A stretch of DNA of 64,000 nucleotides from Takakia lepidozioides (lineage: Eukaryota; Plantae; Bryophyta): the NCBI GenBank assembly GCA_030704615.1, contig CM060732.1, positions 14,198,001 through 14,262,000 on the forward strand, written 5' to 3'. Numbering within the stretch: the stretch's first letter is position 1; every line of letters begins with the position of its first letter. Below the pieces are notes generated by a model, which did not search any database, was not told where the DNA came from, and saw only the letters and a list, made by a program, of their open reading frames with translations. The position numbers and the translations under genes were made by a program. Of the stretch, positions 25,035 through 35,588 are shown in pieces.

Positions 25035-28000
25035 ATGCGAAGGGGAGGAAGCAGATGCGTCTACAGGAGGAGATTGCCATCTCCGAGCAGCAGGCCACTC
25101 AGGCAACCCAGCCACCAGTGAGAGCTCCATGCGATCGGGCTGCGCGCAGCTGATCGAGCACCGAACCCCCCATTTTGCTTCTGTAATTCTTAGACTGAAT
25201 GCTAGGAGACTTGAATGCAGAACATGTTTGCATGCCTAACAGGAAAGGTGGACGTGCTGGAGGGATCGCAGGAATCCGAAGAGCCGCAAGAAGAGTCCGA
25301 GGAGCTAGCTGCAGCACGTACACCCACCCGATCCCCGAGCGCGGGTATTCTGCCGGGCCTAGCCCTGTGCATTTCAAAGACGCGGCTTCGAAGGGCAAGT
25401 TCAAAGCCAGAGATCGACTCGCGTTCTCGGTCATGGAGAATCGCCAGCAGGGGTCGGGCCCTTCTCCAGCAAAGTCGAAGAAGAAGCAGCCCGTCCCTCT
25501 ACTGGTTTCTGAACCGGCTCAGGCCGCTTCACCCCCACCAACGCGAATGAAGCAGCAGGGTAAAAGACAGATTCAATTGCAGCAGACACCTTCACCTGCA
25601 AGGATGAGGAAGCAGAAGGCAATCAGGGCGACAGGCCGAACAATCTCCCGCAAAACCGCTTCCACGAGCTGAAGCTCAGTTCCTGGAGGATTTCCCGCCT
25701 GCAGATGTTGGGCCGACTCTGCTGCAGCGAAGGCAATGGGATCGACCGTTTCTGTCGATTTGGTACCGGAGGAGGGTGCTGCCGCTCAACGTTCGCAGCA
25801 AGACCTCACCACCGATGAGCAAGCAGGCCCGGAGGAGGCCTCTGCAATGGCAGAATTGCCCGCAGACAGGCCCCAGAGTGCAGCTCCAGTTGAGGATGCT
25901 CCAGCTGCTCAGCCACTACCGGCACCTACAGACATGTCTCCGGAGGATTTCAAAAGTTGCAGCGGATAAAATGTTGGAGGAGACACACAGTAGCATTGGC
26001 AGAGTTATGGGTAGCAGGGTATTCCAGCGGACTCTTCGAATCCCACTCTGTCGCATGGTCTCCCTTCCCATCGTCAGGCAGGCCCTTCCCGGAGATGTGG
26101 ATAAGCTCAAGTTCGCATTTCGAGAAGGGTACCGTCTGGGATCGGCAGCGTTTTACGTTTCCATTGAGAATGAGGACGGCGAAACTCGTGGACCCACTGC
26201 CGATGAATTGTCAACGTGGGATACCCACTGGCACACTCGCAACCACGAATTCGAGGCGACGCTGAAGGGTGATCCAGACTTCGGCCATATGTCGGGTAAA
26301 ATGTTCTTTGTGTGGGACGGGAATCACCGACTTCTTGCCTGGTGGGAGTACATCAAGCAGAACCATGCCAAGCACATTGGCTGGCATTACATGGTGGAGT
26401 GTGTCATCCTCAAGGTGAAGGCGGCAGACTCTTCCCTGCTCAAGAATGCCATGGCGGACCTCAACTCGTAAGATACTCATACCCTCCCTAGCACGTTCGA
26501 AATGCGGTGCCGCATTTCGGTTTCCATTCTGGTTGTTTCCGTGCTTCCGTGTACTGAACTGGAGAGTGTGCCTTGCAGGGTCACTGAGAATGCGTACGTG
26601 CATACCCACATGGCACATATGCTGTACAGGGTGAGGAAAAACTGGTCTCACTGATCCGCAGATGTTTGCGGAAATGCTGGAGCCCGAGCTCATTCAGAAA
26701 GCCGTTGCAAAAACAGACTGAACATGGTATCGTCTCACTATGGATGGAATGGTGGAGGTGATATACGAAGTAAGTCATCCTCCGATTTCCCTCTGCTCAT
26801 CCTTCCCCAATTTCTAGTAATCTTTCCACATGAATCGAATGTAACGCTTCTGCATGTTTTTGTTGGCAGTCAAACATCAAGCTGGATTTGGCCCATGCCA
26901 AACGCTTCTTCATGGAAAGTGAGGGCAGGTGAAAACGTTGCAGTCATTGACTGAGCACTTGAAGGAAGCCGGTGTCAAGTCCAGAACCAAATACAAGTCA
27001 AAGCTTGTGAAGCTGGTGGCAATTGCAAATCCGGCACTTGGAAAGACTTCATCCCCGAGATTGCAAAACACTATTCTCGGGCCATGCAGCCGACCATGCA
27101 ATTGGAGAAACTGCATCACCTCTCAACGGCATGTGTTGAGGCGAAAGAGAAGGTGAGGTTTCAATGCACTGAAGTTCTTCCTAGCAATAGCCACTCTCTT
27201 CCAGCTCCTGACATTGGATCGGAAATGGCAGACACGTGGGCTGTCGATCTGGAATGCATCCGAGAGCATAAGGACAATGTGGTCTTTTCCACTCGAAGTT
27301 TCCGACCCTGCAGTGGATGTGTGGCTCAACCGCATGACTTGGTGGTTCCAGGTAATTCAAGGTACTTCCCCAGATTTGCTTTTCTGAAATGAATTCCCTG
27401 AACTGCTACGTGACAATGCATTTGGGAATCGCAGGTAATGTCGAATGCGAAGGAGCAAGTCGTAATGCACACAAATTCGTTCGGCTTGTACGTCAAATGG
27501 GATGGAACACAGACATTGGAAGACTACGTGACACGTTTCAGATGTGCGTACAAGGACAACCTTTTCGCCAGAGAGCTACAGACAGCAAGAAGGAGCGTGG
27601 AGTTTACACATCAGGAGGGAGCGGGGAAAGCTGCAATGCGAATTGTTTACAGGTGAAGCACAGCTGCCCCGTATGCGAAGCCTGGTTACGAGGTTTGTCT
27701 CGGAAATGCGGCACCGCATTCGCATTTTTATGTTTCGGTGGCACTCTGCGAGTAGTAGGTTTGTCCAATCTTTATGCTCACGCATGCTGACTGCCTTGCA
27801 GGTATATGAAATACGTGCTCCTTCAGACAGGGGCCCTGGCTCAAGAGCCCCCGTTTCTTCATGGCTTGGACCATGGCGGGCCCAAGCTGTGTCTACACAC
27901 CCGAGATGCAGAAACAATGGCATCCCGCGCATCTCATTGGATGCCCCTGGTACCTGGATATGTCTGGCGGTATTGTTGACGAGTCTGAGAAAGATCTGCA

Positions 28001-28076
28001 CGCCTTGGCGAAGGAGAAGAGAAACGAAAGGGACGTGTCCCCGCTGGGCCAAAGTCGGCAAAGGAATCTGCTGCTC
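25035..28076 (+). CDS. ParB/Srx-like domain gene (copy 2), multi-exon, runs into the gap
   Basis: DGNHR at ~26316-26330 within ORF 25776-26471. Intron GTAAG at 26468 to TTGCAG at ~26578, and further GT-AG introns. Scattered 1-bp indels. Confidence 0.7.
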
Positions 28077-28576
28077 NNNNNNNNNNNNNNNNNNNNNNNN
28101 NNNNNNNNNNNNNNNNNNNNNNNNNNNNNNNNNNNNNNNNNNNNNNNNNNNNNNNNNNNNNNNNNNNNNNNNNNNNNNNNNNNNNNNNNNNNNNNNNNNN
28201 NNNNNNNNNNNNNNNNNNNNNNNNNNNNNNNNNNNNNNNNNNNNNNNNNNNNNNNNNNNNNNNNNNNNNNNNNNNNNNNNNNNNNNNNNNNNNNNNNNNN
28301 NNNNNNNNNNNNNNNNNNNNNNNNNNNNNNNNNNNNNNNNNNNNNNNNNNNNNNNNNNNNNNNNNNNNNNNNNNNNNNNNNNNNNNNNNNNNNNNNNNNN
28401 NNNNNNNNNNNNNNNNNNNNNNNNNNNNNNNNNNNNNNNNNNNNNNNNNNNNNNNNNNNNNNNNNNNNNNNNNNNNNNNNNNNNNNNNNNNNNNNNNNNN
28501 NNNNNNNNNNNNNNNNNNNNNNNNNNNNNNNNNNNNNNNNNNNNNNNNNNNNNNNNNNNNNNNNNNNNNNNNNNNN
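28077..28576. other. Assembly gap (500 N)
   Basis: Run of N. Confidence 1.
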
Positions 28577-28778
28577 AGCCATGCCGATACAAATAACTTG
28601 TGCTTATCATAGCTCCGGATTTCACCATCCCTTTTCAGATTCTGGATCCAGCTGTAAACATCCTCATCCTCCTTCCCGTAAAATGGAATGTTAGTCACCA
28701 TTGCTCGCAATCACTCCCCTATCTTGCTACACTAAATCCTACATTTCCCGGATCAAAGACCGGCCTGCTCTGATACCA
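28577..28778 (-). mobile_element. tRNA-iMet PBS (28767-28778) and start of gag of LTR element X
   Basis: The minus strand has a perfect TGGTATCAGAGC followed by MVTNIPFYGKEDEDVYSWIQ (gag-like F.G...ED...W). Confidence 0.85.
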
Positions 28779-30892
28779 AAAGAAGGGGGCATATATCCCC
28801 TTCTGTCTATATCCTAATCTAGTTCTTAGTGCAAGGTCTTGTTGTTATCCTGGTTCTCCCACACAGGTTGGCTACATCCATGTTGTTTATGATCAGAGTT
28901 CATGAAGCCCTCATCCACGCCGCAGCGGAAGAGAAGACATGGATGGGACAAGTGAAGGTGTTTCCTGCATAGTGCAACAGGCCTGACTAGGGTTCTGTCT
29001 TGCACCAGCTTAGTTTTCATGCTGATATAGTCACTCAAACAGCTTACCAGTGGGTTAATGACAGCCTATGAGTTCACCATTTGCATGTAGCATCTACATT
29101 GAACCCCCTTTGTTGTCATGCAATCACCGAAAGTGCAAGGCAACATGTATCTACCATACAATGCAGGTCTGATATTTCTATCCAACTCATGGTCTTTCCT
29201 TTATCTCTCAACTGACCCTCCTCTCATCATTCTTTTGCTGAGCGGATCTCTCTTCTTCCCAATGTTTTATCTCCCTTTTCTGATGCAAGTGCCCATATTG
29301 GACCAGACAGCCTTCTATCACCATTCCCATTGACATGCATCATCTCTTATCCTCTCTACACCATTCTGGTTTGAAGACCAGACCACCACACTCCATTTCA
29401 TTTCAAAAACCCTTTTTCCTCTATCACATGTCTCTATCCTTTTCCCTTCTATCAAGAGCAAGTCCTAAATCTGCCCAAAACGATTTCTAAGTCACACCCA
29501 AAAAGGAAGATCCTATGTTGAGAGCTGACTTCCCAACTTCTTGCAGCACTCCACACAACTTCCACCCTACCTCACTTTCTCTCTACTCCAGGACTGGTAT
29601 GATTCCAGAAGTCACCATTCCATTTGCCAAAATCTTTTTCTATCTCCCTCATCTCTATTGAGAGTCTCTCTAGCAAAATTCCATAGCAACTATCCCTAAG
29701 TCAGAGAGGGGCCTTGTATCTATCAACTTAGCTCTCTTATACTCCAGCTGAAGCGGTGGGATCGCCTGCCTGAAATGGCACCTCACCATCTCTGTCAGCA
29801 GCTCCCCTAACTCCTTTTGTCGTTTGAATGCCACGTTGTAAAAACAAAGATCTATGCATGTCAGATCCTGTCATTGCTATGCCACTCCACCTTCAGAATA
29901 TTTCGTCGATTCAAGCGTTCCGTGAGTCTTGACAGCTCTGTTTCAACCTATGGCAGTAACCTTGTTGCTTGCCAACTAACTACCCTATCCTACCATCTCT
30001 TGCTAATCTACCCTAAGATCTGATGTGATAACAAGAAGACAGTCATTATCTGAAAGCTTCATGTCTACATATTTCACTCTTTGCTTCTTTATTTACAGAT
30101 AACCTGTATCACTGTCCACAAGCCAATGCCCTCATTCTGGCGATTGCAAAATTTCACAAGTGGTCAAGTCAGTAATCCCATCTCTGCCCTTGATCTGGCA
30201 GCAATTGCTTCTCCACAAGTGCAGCTTTCTATAATTGCACATGAATGCAATGGCGGCGGTATCAGTTTGCACACCCTACCTTGGCAGATGCCCGTCATGA
30301 TGGAGCTGCTCCATCATCTTAACTAGCCTTTGATCAAGTCTGCAACCCCACCTTCCTATCCCTGGCAGCAGGTTGTTTCCCTTGCAGGTTCATCCTCCTT
30401 GTCATCGTGGTTATGAGAGTAACGACGGCACTGCTGCCCCTCCACCGAGCTGCTTTCCCCGCAACTCTACACCTTCAGCGGTCAAATCACAGGAAGCAAC
30501 CGCCTCTATGCCTTCATTACTTCTGTCAGTAGTACATGATATTACTTCCCTGCCCTTGATGAATCGTCCTGCACCGCCTCCCTTCTCTGGCTTGAGCAAA
30601 ATTACCTAGCTGTTCCCTCACGATTACCCTCCAGCAAGCCCTAAGCTTCCTCGACCCGCGTTTCTACGGTAATCACCAGCGATGAAAGCCATTCATCCTA
30701 TGGATGAAAAGGCGTATTTCATGACTTAGCCACATTTGTCCTGGCAGAGCAATAGCATAGTGTGCCCATGGAATTACCTGTAGGCATGGATAGTTCCCTC
30801 CCGTTATTAGTACCCGGGCACTCCCTTTGTAGTAATGCCGGATCCTGATGCCAAGCAAAATTTCCATGTTACTCCCCTGCATTCACACTACA
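28779..30892 (-). repeat. 5' LTR of element X (~2.1 kb)
   Basis: Starts TGTAGTGTGAA at 30892 (minus strand), is a near-identical inverted copy of 48289-50412, and abuts the PBS. Confidence 0.9.
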
Positions 30893-33800
30893 GACTGAGA
30901 ACTTCACCATCTGCGAGATCGATGGAGTGGATCTCATTTGGGGATGACCTTTTTGAGCAAATCGGAGCGGTCATAGATGGCCGCAAGAGAGTAGTCATGC
31001 TGCCATGTGGGAATGGTGGCGAGGTCTTACGAGTGTCGGAAACGCCCAAACTGTGGAGGCGAATAAACCTTCTGTCAGCAAGGGAGTGGGCCGTGGAACA
31101 GGGAGGCACACGGCCCAGTTTTGCTTTACATTAGAGAAGTGAAGGGAGAAGGCGATGGGGAGCCGAGCCCAGATTGGATCAAGGGATTTGGAGAAATACC
31201 AGGATGTGATGCCGGAGGATTTACCAAGCGGCTTGCCACCGCAAAGAGGAGTTGACCACAAGATTGAGGTGATACCGGATCGGAACCGCCTGCCAAGGCG
31301 CCCTACCGGTGAGCCCAGAGAGTTGGTCGAGCTGAAGACTCAGCTCAAGGATCTAATGTCAAAGGGGTGGTACATCCGGCTGAGTAAGTCACCTTACGGA
31401 GCCCCGGTGCTATTCGCAGACAAGAAGGATGGGACGTTGCAGATGTGTGTCGATTACAAGGCTTTGAATAAGGTGACTATTAAAAACCGGTACCCTTTGC
31501 CAAGGATTGACAACCTTTTTGACCGGTTGGCAGGAGCGAAGTATTTCAGCCGGATCGACTTGCGCTCCGGCTATCATCAAATTCGGGTGGCGGAAGGAGA
31601 CGAGGAGAAGACCGCGTGCAGGACAAGGTATGGTTCATATGAGTTCTTGGTGATGCCTTTGGGCTCACCAATGCACCCGCAACCTTTAGCACGCTGATGA
31701 ACGGCCTCTTCCAGGAGTGGTTGGATGACTTTGTGATCGTGTACATCGACGACATCTTGGTGTATTCGAAAACAAAGGAGGAGCACCTGGAGCACCTCAA
31801 AAGGGTGTTCCAGAAATTGCGGGAAGGGAAGCTGTATGCCAAAGCTTCAAAGTGCAAATTCGGGGTCACAAAAGTAGAGTTCCTGGGGCATGTGATTACA
31901 CAGGAAGGGATCAAAATGGATGACAGGAAGGTTTGAGGGCAATCTTGGACTGGGAGCCATCCGACTTCGGTCCGGGAGTGCGATCCTTCCTAGGACTCGC
32001 CTCCTATTACCGGAAGTATGTGAGAAATTTCGCCAAGATCGCGGGGCGCTGTCAGACCTTCTGTGTAAATCCAAAGTCTGGCATGGAACACCTTTTGTGG
32101 CCAAGCTTTTGCTGAATTGAAGCAGCGGATGGCGGAAGCTCCAGTCCTGAAAATCCCGGAGTTCGATCGTCTGTTCGAGATTCATACAGATGCGTCGGAC
32201 TTCGCCAATTGGGGGTGTACTGATGCAAGATGGACGTTCCAGTGGCTTACGAAAGTAAGAAGAAACTGAATGAAGTGGAGCAAAGGTGGCCGACGCAAAG
32301 AAAGAGATGAAAGGCGGTGGTGCACTGTCTTGAGCTTTGGCGCCACTATGCTGGTTCTAACCCAGTGAAGGTGTTCACGGACAATGTCACGGTGAAGTAT
32401 TTTGCCACGCAACCCAAGTTGTCCCAAAACAACTTAGGTGGGCAAGATACTTTGGCGGTGTTCGACGTGGATATTCAGTACAAACCGGGACGGGACAATG
32501 TGGTGGCCGATGCTTTAAGTAGAAGCAGCAGCTCATGTGGTGTACCCAGGGCAGACGGCGCTCCAAAGGAAGATCAGAAAGGCTTGCCGAAAGGATGAGC
32601 TGGCGAAGTCCGTGATGCAGGACTTGAGGATGGGGGTTAAATTAAATCGCAGTTCCACTTGCAAAATGGATGCTCGGTTATAAGCAAAAGCGTCTCTACG
32701 TGCCAAAGGGAGGGATCAGGATAGTTTCTTGAGAGGAATGCATGATAGCCGCTTTTTTGCGGGCCACGGCGGAGCCAAGGCACTGCGGCACTCTTGAAGA
32801 AAGAGTATTTCTGGCCCAAACTGAGGGAGGAGGCAGAGGAGTATGTCAAGAATGCACCCACATGCCAACAAAACCGGAGCGAGTACAAAAACAAGCGGGG
32901 GGCTGTTACAACCCTTGCCGATTCCAGAGGGGACTTGGGAAAGCGTCTCGATGGATTTCATGACTATATGCCGCTGTCAAAAGGATTCGATGCAATCATG
33001 GTGGTGGTGGAGAGGTTCAGTAAAATGGGCCATTTCTCCCCACCAAGGAGACGGCAACGGCGCAGAGACAGGGCGACTTTACTTCGCCCACGTCTTAAAG
33101 CATCTGGAGTACCGAAGGATATTATCTCGGACCGCGATCCAAAGTTACGAGTAAATTTGGAGGACACTTTGGAAGAAGAGGGGACGAGGCTGAAGATGAG
33201 CACCGCTTCCGACCTACGACGGAAGGGCAAACGGAAAGAGTGAATTCCGTAGTGAAACATTCTTGCGGAATTACGTGTCGGCAGACCAATCAGACTGGAT
33301 GGAACACTTAGACGCGGCAGAGTTCTGTTATAATAACACAAACACTCCGCAACGGGAGTTTCCCCTTTCGTATTGGTCTAGGAAAAGCACCTCTGGTGCC
33401 GACAAGTTGGGCCGCCCAGGACGTTGAGGAACCGGCAGTAGCGGCGGTAATGGAAGAACGCGAGCGTTTGTGTAAGTCGCAAAGTACAACATTGACAAAG
33501 CTAAGAAACGGTATGATGAAAGGCAGCGAATAATCGAAGCGGAGGGAAGTGAAGTTTGAGGCAAGCACGGAGGTATGGTTGAACATCAAGAATTTCCGAC
33601 TACCTCCGGAAGTGAGTCCAAAGTTCGTACCTCCGTTTGCGGGTCCTTTTCGCATCCGGAAGGTTATGAATGAAGATGTGTATGAATTGGAGCTGTCGGC
33701 AAAACAGCAAGGTGCATCCAGTATTCCACGTCTCCCTTTTGAAGCCTTACTTCAAAGATGAAGCTCGTCCGAATCGGCATCAAGTGTTTGCGTCCGCCAC

Positions 33801-34007
33801 CTGTGCTGTTGGATCATGAAAATGACCGAGTACAAGGTGGAGGCAGTACTTAAGTCGAGGAGGTCAAGAACGAGAAACAGAGTATCTCGTCAAATGAAGG
33901 GCTCTTCATCATGTGGAGGCATCTTGGGTGCGGCTCAGAAATGGGGAAACGCATCCGAGGCGATTGCAGTTTTCGAAGGGCGACCTCAAAAGCGGAAGAA
34001 GCGTTGA
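30893..34007 (+). pseudogene. Chromoviral (Galadriel-like) Ty3/gypsy pol: protease C-terminus, RT, RNase H, integrase, chromodomain; frameshifted
   Basis: [70 protein letters not shown] zinc finger, SDRDPK, GPF and EYKVEAVLKSR. Confidence 0.9.
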
Positions 34008-34040
34008 TAGGGACATCAACCTTGGAGCGTGGGGGGGAAA

Positions 34041-35578
34041 TGCATGCTTAGACCGGCTTAGCTAGCGCAGAAATCCGATTGCAAAAACTTGTATTGTACA
34101 AATATTTGTTATAAAGGAAATGGGTTCCAAACGTTGTGCGTCCTATTTTGTTTGGAATGGTGATGCATGGTGTGGTTGGCTAGTGTGAGAATGCATGCTA
34201 GCTTACAAAAGTGGGAGAGGTAAATTGGGTTAATCGTGTGTTTGCGCAGTGCCGAAACGGGTGACTCCCATCCAAGGGGCAAGGAAACTTGCGCCTTCTT
34301 TGGGAGTTCACGTGCTAGTGCGCACCTGGCGCGTGCGCGTACTATAACTGCGCTACCAAGGGGGTTGCCTTGTAGTGCGGGCTAACGCGGAAGCTACGTG
34401 CTTCCGTTCACGTACTATAATCGTGTAGCCTCGGGACGAAGTCGTAGTGCGGCTTTGGCGTGTTCCCGTACCTCAGGCCAGCATTCCAAGGCGGACCCAA
34501 TTGTAGTGATTGGGGCGCACGGTTTGTTCAAGGTTATCTTCCTAGTCAAAGGGGGTTCGAGGTGAACCCTTGCTCAAGGTGATGCCAAAAGTGGCATCAT
34601 GAGCGGTCGCAAGCAATGTTATTGCAGTAAGGCGATTCGATCCTCGGGGAGGATCGTTCCTTGGCCTTGAAGTAAGCCAAGAAGAGTGCACTGGGAGGAG
34701 CTTGAGAGGCTCCACCCTTGGCCGGGACTTGGAGGAAGTCGGCCGAACTAGCTAGTGGAGAGTAGAGTCAAGTGTGGGGTTTGGTTCTTTGCCATGGGAC
34801 GCCATGGTGCGGAAACAAACTCCTTGATGTGGGATGCCACAACTTGGATGTTTGTTTCTACAAAATGGACAAGTCGATGAGGACATCGACTCCCTGTTGG
34901 TAGGGGTGTGTGTCGCGGCCCTTTGCCTTGAGGGCAGGGGGGTCGGGACACAAGAGGGGCTGCCCCTGTGGTGGGGGCAGTAGCAGCGATAGGTACGGGG
35001 GCTGAAGCACCTTGAGTGCCCAAGGCACTCAAGGAGGCGGAGGCGCTCACTAGGTGGAGCCCCGCACACCGGGTTGCGGTGGGGGTGGCTCCACAAGGGT
35101 GGTGGTAGCTTAGCAGGACTTAGTGGGGGTGGCATAGGACTCACCATGGGGTGGAGACCTCGAGGTGGGAGTCGTGGGGAGTCTTGGGACTCATCACGGT
35201 CCATTGGGGCCGCGGTGAGTGGGCCAAGACTCACCGTGACTCACCACCGGGAATCGAGGGTCTTCGTGGTGGTTCACCATAAAATGGCATGGCTGTTTGT
35301 GGAACCCCCGCGGACAGCTACAGAAGTATATATAGGGAGTAGTAACCCTGAGAACGGTGCAAGCCCGTTGGTGACCAAAAACTAGTGAGTAAGCGAGCGA
35401 GCCGGAAAGCGACCAAAGAGCGGCTGTTCCGGACTGCCAACTACCAAAGGGAATTCCCGCTGGTTCCAAATCGGTGGAGGGTTCTTCGGGAGAACAAAGG
35501 GGGACCGTTATGCCCCGGTGAGCAGCCGAAGCTCCAAGTTGGCCCGGCGGCCAGGTTGGGAGTTAGGCGCGCGCATCA
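34041..35578 (+). repeat. 3' LTR of the chromovirus (PPT 34031-34040)
   Basis: GGGGGGGAAA is followed by TGCATGC. The first 140 bp match 10419-10559. Putative end ...GCGCATCA at 35578, where CACTA sequence resumes. Confidence 0.7.
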
Positions 35579-35588
35579 AAGCGAGTAT

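Larger units (their letters stand above)
18250..28076 (-). mobile_element. MULE-like element copy 2 (most complete; runs into the gap)
   Basis: Terminus GAGGTTTACTATTTCATGAGC at 18250, then transposase, palindrome array and divergent ParB-like gene. Confidence 0.9.

Noticed and set aside
27544-28710. Long ORFs of 229-350 aa
   Set aside because: Artefacts of reading through the 500-N gap.
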